Source: a bacterium
Lineage (GTDB): Bacteria; Patescibacteriota; Minisyncoccia; Phycocordibacterales; JAGLPS01
DNA: 64,000 nucleotides
NCBI GenBank assembly: GCA_030690305.1
Contig: JAUYHB010000024.1
Coordinates: 260-64,259, forward strand
Direction of reading: 5' to 3'
Position numbers and translations under genes: made by a program. Under the pieces are notes generated by a model. That model had not been told where the DNA came from and ran no database searches. It saw only the letters and a program-made list of their open reading frames with translations. Shown one piece after another: positions 18,519-28,396 of this stretch (position 1 is the first letter of the stretch; each line of letters starts with the position of its first letter).

Positions 18519-19598
18519 TTAGAAAAGGCGCACGATGTCGTAAAACGTCACAATAAGCATAAGGAGGATAAGAAGCACAAAACCCGCTCCGTGAGCCGCG
18601 CGGACGAAAGACATTTTCAAAGGTGAACCCGTGACAGTTTCTATGAAAAGAAAGAGAAGGCGCCCACCGTCAAGCGCCGGAAAAGGAAGAAGGTTGATGA
18701 CTCCAAGATTGATGGAAAGAAGCGCCATAAAGGAAAGAATGTGCATTAGACCAAGTCGTGACACATCACCAACTATGGAAGCGATGCCCACTGGTCCGCT
18801 TACTTGAGAAAAATCGCCCTGCCCTTTGAAAATATTTCCGAAAAATTCGGTAAGCCCGACAAACGTTGCCTGCGAAAGTTCGAGTGTTGTTTTACCTCCT
18901 TCAAAAAGGGCTTGCAAGGCCGGCAGTCTCATCGTTCCCACAATATCCATGGAAATCCCAATCGCCTTTTTTTGCGGGATAACTCCTTCACGCGGAGATA
19001 CGACAACGGTTTGTGTTTCTCCGTTTCGTTTATACAGAATCGTCACTTCTCCCTCGGAAGAAGAAATAAAGTCTGAAACTTTTTGAGGTGTTACTTCTTG
19101 AAGAGCGCCTGATTCATTTTCAAGAAACAAAATGACATCCCCTGCCGCGAGACCGGCTTTTGATGCGGGAGAATCCGCGACAACATACGTCACCATAAGA
19201 CGTGGGTCTGTCGCCGCCGCATTGTATGAAATTGGCACTTCAAGGCCGGACATAAACGTAATGGAGAGTAAAAGCCAGGCGGAAATAAAATTAAAGGCGA
19301 CACCTGCCAAAATAACCGACATTTGTATCCATTTCGGTTTAAATATGAAACTGCGTTTTTTCTCTCCGTCCAAAGGAATGTCTGTCGGGTCTTCCCCGAA
19401 AATTTTCACAAATCCTCCGAACGGAAGAAGATTGAGCGTGTATTCCGTCTCTCCCTTTTTAAAACCAAATAGTTTCGGCGGAAAACCGAAGCCGAATTCA
19501 TCCACGCGGATTTTGGCCGCTTTGGCGGTAATAAAATGCCCGAACTCATGAACGAGAACGAGAGAGCCCAAAATAAAAATAAACAGAAGAACGGACAT
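18519..19598 (-). CDS. rseP: RIP site-2 zinc metalloprotease RseP-like with PDZ domain
   Basis: 'HEFGHFITAKAAKIRVDEFGFGFPPKLFG' HExxH, PDZ region and a C-terminal LDG motif. Confidence 0.8.
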   Translation of the reverse strand: MSVLLFIFILGSLVLVHEFGHFITAKAAKIRVDEFGFGFPPKLFGFKKGETEYTLNLLPFGGFVKIFGEDPTDIPLDGEKKRSFIFKPKWIQMSVILAGVAFNFISAWLLLSITFMSGLEVPISYNAAATDPRLMVTYVVADSPASKAGLAAGDVILFLENESGALQEVTPQKVSDFISSSEGEVTILYKRNGETQTVVVSPREGVIPQKKAIGISMDIVGTMRLPALQALFEGGKTTLELSQATFVGLTEFFGNIFKGQGDFSQVSGPVGIASIVGDVSRLGLMHILSFMALLSINLGVINLLPFPALDGGRLLFLFIETVTGSPLKMSFVRAAHGAGFVLLILLMLIVTFYDIVRLF

Positions 19599-19600
19599 GC

Positions 19601-20152
19601 CTATTGAGAAATTTCGGTTTCCTTACGAGTCGCCATTTCGTCAAACTTTTTCTGGGCGTCATCGACTATCTTCTGCATTTCGTCTTTAAAACGGAATTTT
19701 TCGTCTTCGGTGAGTGTTCCCGCTTTTTCTTTCGTCTGTATATCATTCCACACCCTGTCGCGCTCTTTCCGCATGGAGATTTTTGCTTCTTCAAGTTTCT
19801 GCCGCGCAATCTTAATGAGGGACTGCCTGCGCTCGGCGGTCAAATCGGGGAAAATTACCCGGAGACCTTTGTCGTCAACGGCAACCGAAAGACCGAGGTC
19901 GGCGAGAGTAACCGCCTTTTCCACCTCCTTTACCTGCGATGCGTCCCACGGAACAACACGAAGTGTTTTTGCATCTTCAACAGCGATACTTGCGACTTCC
20001 CGAATCGAAGCCTTGGACCCATATGAGAGAACTTCAATACCGTCAAGCAAAGAAGGGGTCGCGCGGCCTGTGCGGACGGATGCAAATTCTTTGATAAGCC
20101 AATCGTTTACTTCGGCAACTTTCAGTTTGAACGGAGAAAAATTATATGGCAT
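19601..20152 (-). CDS. frr: ribosome recycling factor
   Basis: 'VRTGRATPSLLDGIEV..YG' and the RRF family C-terminal helix bundle. Confidence 0.9.
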   Translation of the reverse strand: MPYNFSPFKLKVAEVNDWLIKEFASVRTGRATPSLLDGIEVLSYGSKASIREVASIAVEDAKTLRVVPWDASQVKEVEKAVTLADLGLSVAVDDKGLRVIFPDLTAERRQSLIKIARQKLEEAKISMRKERDRVWNDIQTKEKAGTLTEDEKFRFKDEMQKIVDDAQKKFDEMATRKETEISQ

Positions 20153-20216
20153 ATAAATTATTTATATTCTTGTTATTACCATTAACAGTAACAGAAGCGG
20201 GATAAAAATCCAGCCT

Positions 20217-20903
20217 CTAAGATGCGGTGGGAATAACAAGTGAAAGATATTCGAGGATAATTTTTACCGAGGGAGAGCGGTCATGAAGATATGAACGGCA
20301 GAGAATAATTTCTTCGAAAAGAGCCGCGTCTTTGACGGTCATGCCTGTTTTCAGATTTCGCAGTGCTTTTTCCAGGCCTGTAAGAAAAGAGATTGCGCGC
20401 GCTTTGTTCTTGTCTTCAATAATCGGTTTCAGCAGATTAATTCTTTCGGCCGGCCGCAATGAAAGAAATTGTGCAGCCAAACTGTCATCCTCTTTTTCTT
20501 TGCTTTCGAAAACGTAGTGAAGCAGACGGGAAAGAAATGTCGGAAGTAAAGATTCGGCTGAAGGCAGGATGAGAAAAAAATGGGTATGCGGGGTCGGCTC
20601 TTCAAACACTTTAAGCAGGGCATTTTGAGCCTCATGCGTAATGCCTTCGGCAGACACGATAAACACTTTAATACCTTCGGAAAAAGCCGTAAAAGATTGG
20701 CGTTCTTTAATATGCCTTCCCTCGTCAATGCCAATTGTTTCAAATGTGCCGTGCCAAAAGTCGGGATTTCCGGCAGTCTTTATTTTTACTTTTGTTTCAA
20801 AAAACTCGACAAGTTCGGGCACAATTTCCCGAGACCTGCCTTCTATAAGATATGCATGATGCAATGTGCCTGTTTTTCTATACGTGTCGACAAGGAATTT
20901 CAT
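20217..20903 (-). CDS. holB: DNA polymerase III delta'-like clamp-loader subunit
   Basis: 'HAYLIEG' box and an AAA+-like fold without an intact P-loop. Confidence 0.55.
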   Translation of the reverse strand: MKFLVDTYRKTGTLHHAYLIEGRSREIVPELVEFFETKVKIKTAGNPDFWHGTFETIGIDEGRHIKERQSFTAFSEGIKVFIVSAEGITHEAQNALLKVFEEPTPHTHFFLILPSAESLLPTFLSRLLHYVFESKEKEDDSLAAQFLSLRPAERINLLKPIIEDKNKARAISFLTGLEKALRNLKTGMTVKDAALFEEIILCRSYLHDRSPSVKIILEYLSLVIPTAS

Positions 20904-20933
20904 GTCTTTTCTTTTAGTTAAAGTGAGAATTTG

Positions 20934-21025
20934 CTTTTCAAAAATCTTGCGGAGTTCGTGGAGAACGAGCAGAGAAAAATTCAGTAGAATTTTATCGTGT
21001 TTTTGAAAAGCAAATATGAGCGGTT
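20934..21025. repeat. intergenic repeat copy A (about 90 bp), paired with 36781-36870
   Basis: About 85% identity to 36781-36870. The 5' end 'ttttcaaaaatcttgcggag' is shared with R1 at 12704. Confidence 0.65.
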
Positions 21026-21026
21026 T

Positions 21027-22040
21027 TTACCGCTTGGCTATAATTGTTTTTTTATACAAATCAAGATGGTTAAGGGCGATTCCGGTTCCTTTGGCAACGC
21101 AGAAAAATGGGTCTTTCGCGAGAATTGCCTTGACCCCGGTCCTGCGGTAGACAAGTTCGGGAAGATTGCGCAGTTGGGATGTTCCGCCCGTCATAATGAT
21201 TCCTCTGTCGATAATGTCTGAGGACAGCTCCGGTGGAGTTTCCTGCAAAACATTTTTAACGGCACGAACGATTTCTTGCAGTTCCTTGTTTATGGCCTTA
21301 ACCACTTCGTTTGTTTTCACTTCTATTGAACGGGGAAGGCCTGAAACGAAATCACGTCCTTTTATGGTAGCCGTCAGTTCCTCATCAAGAGGAAGCGCGG
21401 AACCGATTTTGATTTTTATTTCTTCCGCGGTTCGGTCACCGATAGCAAGATTGAAGGCTTTTTTGATGTAATCGGCAATGGCATGATCAATTCTATCCCC
21501 GGCAATTTTTACGGAAGTAGACGCAACGATGCCCCCCAAAGAAATGACAGCGACGTCAGTTGTTCCGCCACCGACATCCACCACCATGTGCCCCGCCGCT
21601 TCGTGAATTGGTATTCCCGCCCCTATCGCGGCAAGGATCGGTTCTTTAACAACATAGGCGTTCCGCGCGCCGGCTTTAATCGCGGCCTCAATAACCGCGC
21701 GCCGTTCCGTTGACGTTACCCCGGCGGGCACAGACACCAACACCTCGGGCTTTATAAAACTCCACCTACCGAGAACCTTGCTGATAAAATAGCGCAGCAT
21801 CGCTTCGGTGACACGATAATCGGCAATTACTCCGTCTTTCATCGGTCTGTAAGCGATAATGCTTTCCGGAGTTTTTCCTATCATTTCTTTCGCTTCCGTT
21901 CCGACGGCAAGAATTTTATTGTCTTCTTCGGATACGGCAACCACGGAGGGCTCATTTAGGACAACACCCTTCCCCGGCACATACACGAGCGTGTTCGCCG
22001 TGCCGAGGTCTATTCCGAGTTTTCGAGAAAATAGTCCCAT
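21027..22040 (-). CDS. second MreB/Mbl-like actin homolog
   Basis: 'LGIDLGTANTLVYVPGKGVVLNEPSVVAV', a paralog of the mreB at 16124. Confidence 0.85.
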   Translation of the reverse strand: MGLFSRKLGIDLGTANTLVYVPGKGVVLNEPSVVAVSEEDNKILAVGTEAKEMIGKTPESIIAYRPMKDGVIADYRVTEAMLRYFISKVLGRWSFIKPEVLVSVPAGVTSTERRAVIEAAIKAGARNAYVVKEPILAAIGAGIPIHEAAGHMVVDVGGGTTDVAVISLGGIVASTSVKIAGDRIDHAIADYIKKAFNLAIGDRTAEEIKIKIGSALPLDEELTATIKGRDFVSGLPRSIEVKTNEVVKAINKELQEIVRAVKNVLQETPPELSSDIIDRGIIMTGGTSQLRNLPELVYRRTGVKAILAKDPFFCVAKGTGIALNHLDLYKKTIIAKR

Positions 22041-22044
22041 ATTT

Positions 22045-23352
22045 TTATTTAATATTTTTGCTCTGCGGACCAACCGTACGTGTAATGTTGACGCCAATCG
22101 AAGACAGCCTCTCTTCAATGCGTTCATACCCCCTGTCTATGTAATAAACATTATTGATAACCGAAGTCCCTTTTGCAACTATGGCGGCAATGATGTAGGC
22201 GAGGCCCGCCCGGATGTCCGGACCGTACAATTCCCTGTTTTTAAGAGGGGTTTTCCCCTTAATGAGCGCACGCTGGGAATCCCACACGGTGATATGCGCT
22301 CCCATCTGCTTGAGGTCCTCCATGTAACCAAGACGCCCTTCAAAAATAGTCTCAAAAATAACGCTCTCGGTTTCCAGTTGTGTCAAAAAAACGGCAAGCG
22401 GGGCCTGAAGGTCGGTTGGGAATCCGGGATATTCGTGAGTACGAATTTGGATTTGCCCTTCGGGGATTTTTTTTACTCCCCGCACGCGGATAAAATCTTC
22501 TCCTGTTTCAAGTTTTACTCCGCATTCCGAAAGAGTTTCAATCAACGACAAAAGATGGTTCGGGTTGCAGTGTGCGATGGTCAAGTCATTTGAGGTAATC
22601 GCGCCAAGGATAAGAAAACTCCCCGCTTCAATTCGGTCGGGAATCGTGATGTAGGGTTTCTTTTGTGTAAGCAGTCCCCCTCCGATAACGGTAAGCGTCG
22701 TCGTGCCGATTCCTTCAATGTGCGCGCCGTTTTCTTTAAGAAAAAGGGCAAGACTTTCCACCTCAGGCTCCAGAGCGACGTTGCGTAAAACCGTTTTTCC
22801 CGAAGCCAAAATTGCGGCCATAAGAAATGTCTCGGTCGCCGTTACGCTTTGCACTTTAAAAAAAATTTCCGCGCCGGAAAGTCCGTTCGGTGCAACAAGC
22901 GAAAACTGGTCGTCTTTTTCGGAGACTTTTGCCCCCATTTTTTTAAATCCCTGAAGAAACAAATCAATGGGTCGTTTACCTATCACGCATCCGCCCGGAT
23001 ACGGGAAGGAAACTTTTTTAAAACGGGAAAGGAGCGGGCCGGAAAGTATGATTGACGCACGGAGACGTTTTGCTATTTCTACATTAAGAAAAGATTTTTT
23101 TACTTCGTTTCCGAAAAGCAGGAGAGTTCGTTTCACCGAATCTTGGGAATTTTTTGCACCCAAATCTTCAAGTAATTCGAGCATGCGGGAGACGTCTTCA
23201 ATATGGGGAACATTTTCGGCGGATATCGGGTGCTCAAAAAGAATGGAAGAAGCCATAATAGGAAGAATTGCGTTTTTTGAGCCTCTAATTGAAACAGTGC
23301 CGCTTAATACTCGCTTCCCACCGAGTCCGTTAATGAGAAACTGATCTTTCAT
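22045..23352 (-). CDS. murA: UDP-N-acetylglucosamine 1-carboxyvinyltransferase MurA
   Basis: 'GGKRVLSGTVSIRGSKNA', EPT fold repeats. Confidence 0.9.
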   Translation of the reverse strand: MKDQFLINGLGGKRVLSGTVSIRGSKNAILPIMASSILFEHPISAENVPHIEDVSRMLELLEDLGAKNSQDSVKRTLLLFGNEVKKSFLNVEIAKRLRASIILSGPLLSRFKKVSFPYPGGCVIGKRPIDLFLQGFKKMGAKVSEKDDQFSLVAPNGLSGAEIFFKVQSVTATETFLMAAILASGKTVLRNVALEPEVESLALFLKENGAHIEGIGTTTLTVIGGGLLTQKKPYITIPDRIEAGSFLILGAITSNDLTIAHCNPNHLLSLIETLSECGVKLETGEDFIRVRGVKKIPEGQIQIRTHEYPGFPTDLQAPLAVFLTQLETESVIFETIFEGRLGYMEDLKQMGAHITVWDSQRALIKGKTPLKNRELYGPDIRAGLAYIIAAIVAKGTSVINNVYYIDRGYERIEERLSSIGVNITRTVGPQSKNIK

Positions 23353-23429
23353 CCAACCTATACTACGACGTTTGGAAGGCTTTTACAAATATTGAGTTTT
23401 TAAGGGTTTTCTGTGATTATAGGGTCTAT

Positions 23430-24233
23430 ATGATGGCAACATTTAAGAAATCAAAATGGGCTCTTTTGTATGGAAGTATCGCGGTTGTAGTGCTCTTTGG
23501 GGCGCTTGCAGCAACGTTTTTGTTGGCCGGTTATTCCCTTGGACCGGGATTGTCGGTTCGGCATCCGGGAACAATTACGGTAATTGTTCCGCACAAAGAT
23601 ACTCATGTGTTTCTTGATGACCGCCGAGTCGGCATCAGTTCAAAGGAAAACGAAGTGTTCAAACTTTCCAACATTGCCACCGGGGCGCACACCGTTCTTG
23701 TGGCCAAAGAAACTTTTTTCCCGTGGGGTAAAAACATTGTTCTTAAAGAAAAAGACAGTATCACCGTGCGACCTTTTCTCGCGCCCGCTTCCGCGCAAGT
23801 GAGTATAATAACGGAAAACAATGACCGCTTCGCGGAATTAAAAAACAAAATTATCGGCTCTCCCCTTTCCTTGCCGCAGACAATAAAACTTTCTCCGGAC
23901 AACACCGTGGCGTTATGGACCGATGGGAAAAATGTTATTGCGGAATGGCGGGGAGGCGACATCAAACCCCGATATTTCTGCGAAAACACATGCACCAATA
24001 GAATTATTGTTTTCACGGCGGATTCGGAAATAGAAAATACGGATTTTTATGCCAACCGCTCCGACGTTATCATGATTGCAATCAAAGACGGTATATATGC
24101 GATTGAACTGGATGCAACGGGAGTTCAAAACTTTCAGCCGTTGTATGTAGGTATCGGCCCCCGATTTCTTAAAGAAAGTTCCGAGAGTTTTCTTGTTTTG
24201 GATGGCGATTCCTTAAAAGAAGTCGCCTTCTAA
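23430..24233 (+). CDS. hypothetical membrane-anchored protein
   Basis: N-terminal TM helix and a beta-rich extracytoplasmic region. Confidence 0.45.
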   Translation: MMATFKKSKWALLYGSIAVVVLFGALAATFLLAGYSLGPGLSVRHPGTITVIVPHKDTHVFLDDRRVGISSKENEVFKLSNIATGAHTVLVAKETFFPWGKNIVLKEKDSITVRPFLAPASAQVSIITENNDRFAELKNKIIGSPLSLPQTIKLSPDNTVALWTDGKNVIAEWRGGDIKPRYFCENTCTNRIIVFTADSEIENTDFYANRSDVIMIAIKDGIYAIELDATGVQNFQPLYVGIGPRFLKESSESFLVLDGDSLKEVAF

Positions 24234-24244
24234 AGGCGTTTGCC

Positions 24245-26152
24245 ATGAAAAATGAAGAAGGACAAAAAGAGGTGCACATCATCCATTGCATCCCCATTGC
24301 ACGTGGCATTTTCAGGCAACATCTTTCGTATTTCACAACAGCCGAGATTCCTCTCGGAGCGGTTGTAAAGGTTCCCGTCCGCGGCCGAAAAATGCTTGCG
24401 CTCGTCGTTAAAAAAGAAAGGGCAAGTGATTTAAAAACGGACATCAAAAGAGCGGCATATGTAATAAAAAAAATTGAAAAAATTGAAACAGTTTCTTTTT
24501 TTTCAAAAGAATTCATTGAAAGCTGCGAGGAGGCCGCGCATTACTTCGCGACAACAACCGGCCAAGTCGTAAGCGCACTTGTCCCTAAAACAATACTCGA
24601 GCACATGAGTCGTGTGTCGCGTCCTCTGCAGGAAGGCAAAACACCGATTACGGGAGAACGTTTTATTTTACAAAGCGGAGCTGAAGATCGATTTGCCAAT
24701 TATAAAAGCCTTGTTCGTGAAGAATTCGCACGCGGTTCATCTGTATTTTTTTGTCTTCCGACAATAGAAGATATAAAAAAAGCAAAAAATATTCTTGAAA
24801 AAGGCATTGAGCCGTATACCCTAAGTATTCATACATCAATGGGAACGAAAGAACTTATCAAGATGTGGAATGCGATTGTTTCGGAGCCCCATCCGGTCCT
24901 CATCATAGCAACCGGGACATTTCTTTCCATCCCGCGCGGAGACATTTCAACAATTGTAATTGAGCGGGAAAATTCCCGAAGCTATAAGACTCAGAAACGC
25001 CCGATTATGGACATTCGCGTTTTCGCCCGGCTGTTTGCAAAATTAAGCGGCAAGCGCCTTATCCTCGGAGACACGTTGCTTCGGGTGGAAACGATTTTTG
25101 ATTACAAAAACAACGAGTATCTAGAGATCGCTCACCCGAAGTTTCGCTCGGTTCTCCATGAACATACCGAGGTAATTTCGATGAAGAGCAAGGCGGTCAA
25201 GGGCAAGTTCGAAATCATAAGCGACGAGCTCGCAGAACTTATCGAGAAAACAAAAAAGAACAACGAACGGCTTTTTTTGTTTTCCGTACGCAAGGGCATC
25301 GCGCCCTCCATCGTGTGCGGGGATTGCGGAGCGACGGTTGTGTCCGAGCAATGTGGTGCGCCGATGATATTGAAACGAGGGGAACGGGAAAATGTTTTTT
25401 TCTGTCCCGTGTGCAAAGAGGAACGGAGCGCGAAAGAAATATGCAAACAATGCGGCAGTTGGAAACTTCAGGCATTGGGGGTGGGCATCGAGCGGATTGA
25501 AGAAGAAATCAAGGAACGCTTTCCCTCCGTCAAACTTTTCCGCATCGACAAGGACAAAACGAGCACGTACAAAAAAGCAAAGGAGGTTTCTGAAAAATTC
25601 GAAAATACGCCGAGCAGCATCCTTTTGGGTACGGAAATGGCGCTTCTGTATCTTTCAGGCGTTGAAAACGCAGCCGTTGTTTCGATGGATTCCCTCTTTT
25701 CCGTGCCGGACTTCAGAATAAACGAAAAGATTCTTTATATTCTCCTTACCATGCGCGACCTCGTGACAAAACAGTTTCTCATCCAGACGCGGAATCCTCA
25801 GCAACTTATTTTGGATTACGCTGTCAAAGGTAACCTTATTGATTTTTATCGTGATGAAATAACCATACGAAAACATCTCGGTTATCCCCCATTTTCGATT
25901 ATTGTCAAAATGAGCGTGCGAGGAAGAAAAAACAGCGTGGAAAGTATGATGAAAAAAATGGAGGCCATATTTGCGGACAAATCTCCCGATGTGGTTTCGG
26001 TATTTTCTCCCGCTCCGGAAAAGTCATACGGACTTAATATGATTATGAAAATCCCGCGGGATAAGTGGCCCGACGAGGACATACTTTCAAAAATCCGCTC
26101 ACTCGGTCCCGCTATCGCTGTCGAAGTTGACCCTGAAAGCATATTGAATTAA
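24245..26152 (+). CDS. priA: primosomal protein N' (PriA)-like with degenerate ATPase motifs
   Basis: Colinear with PriA (3' DNA-binding N-terminus, four CxxC zinc-binding region). Walker A is replaced by 'LQSGAEDR' and DEEH by 'IERENSRSYK'. Confidence 0.6.
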   Translation: MKNEEGQKEVHIIHCIPIARGIFRQHLSYFTTAEIPLGAVVKVPVRGRKMLALVVKKERASDLKTDIKRAAYVIKKIEKIETVSFFSKEFIESCEEAAHYFATTTGQVVSALVPKTILEHMSRVSRPLQEGKTPITGERFILQSGAEDRFANYKSLVREEFARGSSVFFCLPTIEDIKKAKNILEKGIEPYTLSIHTSMGTKELIKMWNAIVSEPHPVLIIATGTFLSIPRGDISTIVIERENSRSYKTQKRPIMDIRVFARLFAKLSGKRLILGDTLLRVETIFDYKNNEYLEIAHPKFRSVLHEHTEVISMKSKAVKGKFEIISDELAELIEKTKKNNERLFLFSVRKGIAPSIVCGDCGATVVSEQCGAPMILKRGERENVFFCPVCKEERSAKEICKQCGSWKLQALGVGIERIEEEIKERFPSVKLFRIDKDKTSTYKKAKEVSEKFENTPSSILLGTEMALLYLSGVENAAVVSMDSLFSVPDFRINEKILYILLTMRDLVTKQFLIQTRNPQQLILDYAVKGNLIDFYRDEITIRKHLGYPPFSIIVKMSVRGRKNSVESMMKKMEAIFADKSPDVVSVFSPAPEKSYGLNMIMKIPRDKWPDEDILSKIRSLGPAIAVEVDPESILN

Positions 26153-26193
26153 AAATCGTTGCAAATCCACGTACTCTGATATAATTTTGAGCA

Positions 26194-26727
26194 ATGGTAA
26201 AAATAGTCCAAAAGGAAGACCCCGTTCTGCGTCACATGGCCAATGAGGTGCCTGTTGAGGAAATCAAAAGCGCGAAAATTAAAACCGTGCTTAAAAACAT
26301 GAAAGAGGCGCTGTATTCTCAGGATGACGGAATTGCAATTGCCGCACCACAGATAGGACAGTCATTGCGTATTTTTATGGTATCGGGAAAAGTGCTCGCT
26401 ACGCTTGAAGGAAAAGAGGACGGGCATGAAGAAGACCTTACGTTCATCAATCCACGCATTATGCGAATCTCAAAAGAAAGTAAAGAAACGGATGAAGGAT
26501 GTTTGAGCGTGCGATACCTGTACGGCAAAGTAAAACGGGCAGTCAAAGCGTCAGTCACCGCCTACGACGAAGACGGCGTAGAATTCAAACGCGACGGGCA
26601 CGGACTTTTGGCACAAGTGTTTCAGCACGAAATTGACCATTTAAACGGCATACTGTTTACCGATAAAGCAAAAGACATTGAAGAGGTTTTGCCGGAACAC
26701 CCTACAATCACTCCTTCGCATGAATAA
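26194..26727 (+). CDS. def: peptide deformylase
   Basis: 'GIAIAAPQIGQS', 'EGCLSV', 'HEIDHLNG'. Confidence 0.9.
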   Translation: MVKIVQKEDPVLRHMANEVPVEEIKSAKIKTVLKNMKEALYSQDDGIAIAAPQIGQSLRIFMVSGKVLATLEGKEDGHEEDLTFINPRIMRISKESKETDEGCLSVRYLYGKVKRAVKASVTAYDEDGVEFKRDGHGLLAQVFQHEIDHLNGILFTDKAKDIEEVLPEHPTITPSHE

Positions 26728-27595
26728 GGCACCCTCTATCGTTTTTTTCGGCACATCTGATTTTTCGGTCCGTGTGCTTTCGGCGTTAAAAGAAAAGGGG
26801 ATTCTCCCCTCTCTTGTCGTTACCGCTCCCGACAAACCTGTGGGCAGGAAACAAACCGTCACCCCGCCGCCGGTAAAAGTATGGGCACAAGAACATAAGA
26901 TTTCCTTTCTTCAGCCGGAAACTCTTAAGGGAGATTTTGCAGAAAAACTGAAAGGGTCAGGAGGAGCTTCCGGTTGGGACCTTTTTATCGTTGCCTCGTA
27001 CGGAAAAATTATTCCGTCGTCGGTGCTCTCTCTGCCCCGCCACCATACGCTTAATATACATCCCTCGCTTCTTCCAAAATTCCGCGGGGCATCCCCGATT
27101 GAAACAGCAATTATCGAAGGAGAGAAAACCGGGGTAACCATAATGGAAGTTGATGAACAAATGGACCACGGCCCTGTTGTTTCTCAGAAGGAACTTGTGA
27201 TGGAATGGCCGCAGAATTACCAAACCGCATCGGACGCCCTCGCCCGTCTCGGTGGAGAACTCCTTGCGCGGGTTATTCCCGATTGGATTTCGGGAACCGT
27301 AAAAGGAATCATCCAAAATCATGACGAGGCGACATTTACAAAAAAAATTGTTACGGAGGACGGAATGGTAGACCTGTCTGAAAATGCGCTCAAAAACTGG
27401 AAGAAGTTTCTTGCTTATGCCAAATCCCCCGGTGCTTATTTTTTTACGGAACGGAACGGGAAAAAAATCCGCGTCAGGATTACAAAAGCGGAATTAAAAA
27501 ATGGGGAGTTTATCATACACCGCGTTACTCCCGAAGGAAAAAAAGAAATGGAGTACTCCGACTTTAAACGGGGAGAAAAGAAAGGAGAGATTTAG
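26720..27595 (+). CDS. fmt: methionyl-tRNA formyltransferase
   Basis: 'IVFFGTSDFSV..L', formyltransferase N- and C-domains. ATG overlaps the def stop. Confidence 0.9.
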   Translation: MNKAPSIVFFGTSDFSVRVLSALKEKGILPSLVVTAPDKPVGRKQTVTPPPVKVWAQEHKISFLQPETLKGDFAEKLKGSGGASGWDLFIVASYGKIIPSSVLSLPRHHTLNIHPSLLPKFRGASPIETAIIEGEKTGVTIMEVDEQMDHGPVVSQKELVMEWPQNYQTASDALARLGGELLARVIPDWISGTVKGIIQNHDEATFTKKIVTEDGMVDLSENALKNWKKFLAYAKSPGAYFFTERNGKKIRVRITKAELKNGEFIIHRVTPEGKKEMEYSDFKRGEKKGEI

Positions 27596-27772
27596 TCCTC
27601 GAATTCAATAATAGTCACGAGATACGGGTCAAAGAGAAGTGCAAGGTCTTGCGCCGCGGTTTCCGTTTTATAGAGAATAAAAATAAGGATTGAAAACAGG
27701 AAGCCCCAAATAAGAATTGGGACGGTGATAATATTGGGCACTTTTTGTTCAAACGCGAAAAGTTCTCTCATA

Positions 27773-28141
27773 TTAATTCCACGGCATGTGCCTTAAAAGG
27801 TTTTTTATTTTTGCGCTTCCCCTTCTTAAAAGCGTGTCTTTTTTCGTTTTGTACGCCTTGAGTGAATGACTTATTTCGTCCTTGACTTCGTCAAGGGCGG
27901 CATAAATATTGTCCTTTTCGGAAACCGCGGTAAGATATTTTCCCGCCACGTGAATGTGAAATTCGGCTTTGAAAACATCGCCGGTACGATGATGAGATGT
28001 TGTTCGTGCCACTTCAACGTCGCACATAACACTGGTATCAGAAGGGTCAATAAATTTTTCCACGCCCGCTAATTTTTTATCGATGTATTCCTGAAGCTTT
28101 TCATCAAGCACCATGTCCGTTGTTTTGATGTTTGTTTTCAT
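27773..28141 (-). CDS. hpf: ribosome hibernation promoting factor (HPF/RaiA)
   Basis: 'MKTNIKTTDMVLDEKLQEYIDKKL...HIHVAGKYLTA'. Confidence 0.85.
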   Translation of the reverse strand: MKTNIKTTDMVLDEKLQEYIDKKLAGVEKFIDPSDTSVMCDVEVARTTSHHRTGDVFKAEFHIHVAGKYLTAVSEKDNIYAALDEVKDEISHSLKAYKTKKDTLLRRGSAKIKNLLRHMPWN

Positions 28142-28174
28142 ACCTTAAATTATAGCAAAGGAACGCCCTCTTCT

Positions 28175-28396
28175 CTACGAGCTAATATGAAATATCTTTG
28201 AGGGAGAATGGTGACCCCGAATGAGACGTACGGAGGAAAGCGGCACTGAAAGGCGTTTGGCAACAATTTCCCTTACACGCCTATTCGCCATATTACGCTC
28301 CGGTTTCTCCTTAACTTCCACAGACAAAACATCGGAAGCGATGGAGGTACATCGTTCTTTTTTGGCTCCCGTTTTAACTTTGACTTTAATATGCAT
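28175..28396 (-). CDS. DUF167/YggU-like small protein
   Basis: 'KVKVKTGAKKE...LSVEVKEKPERNMANRRV' pattern. Confidence 0.5.
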   Translation of the reverse strand: MHIKVKVKTGAKKERCTSIASDVLSVEVKEKPERNMANRRVREIVAKRLSVPLSSVRLIRGHHSPSKIFHISS

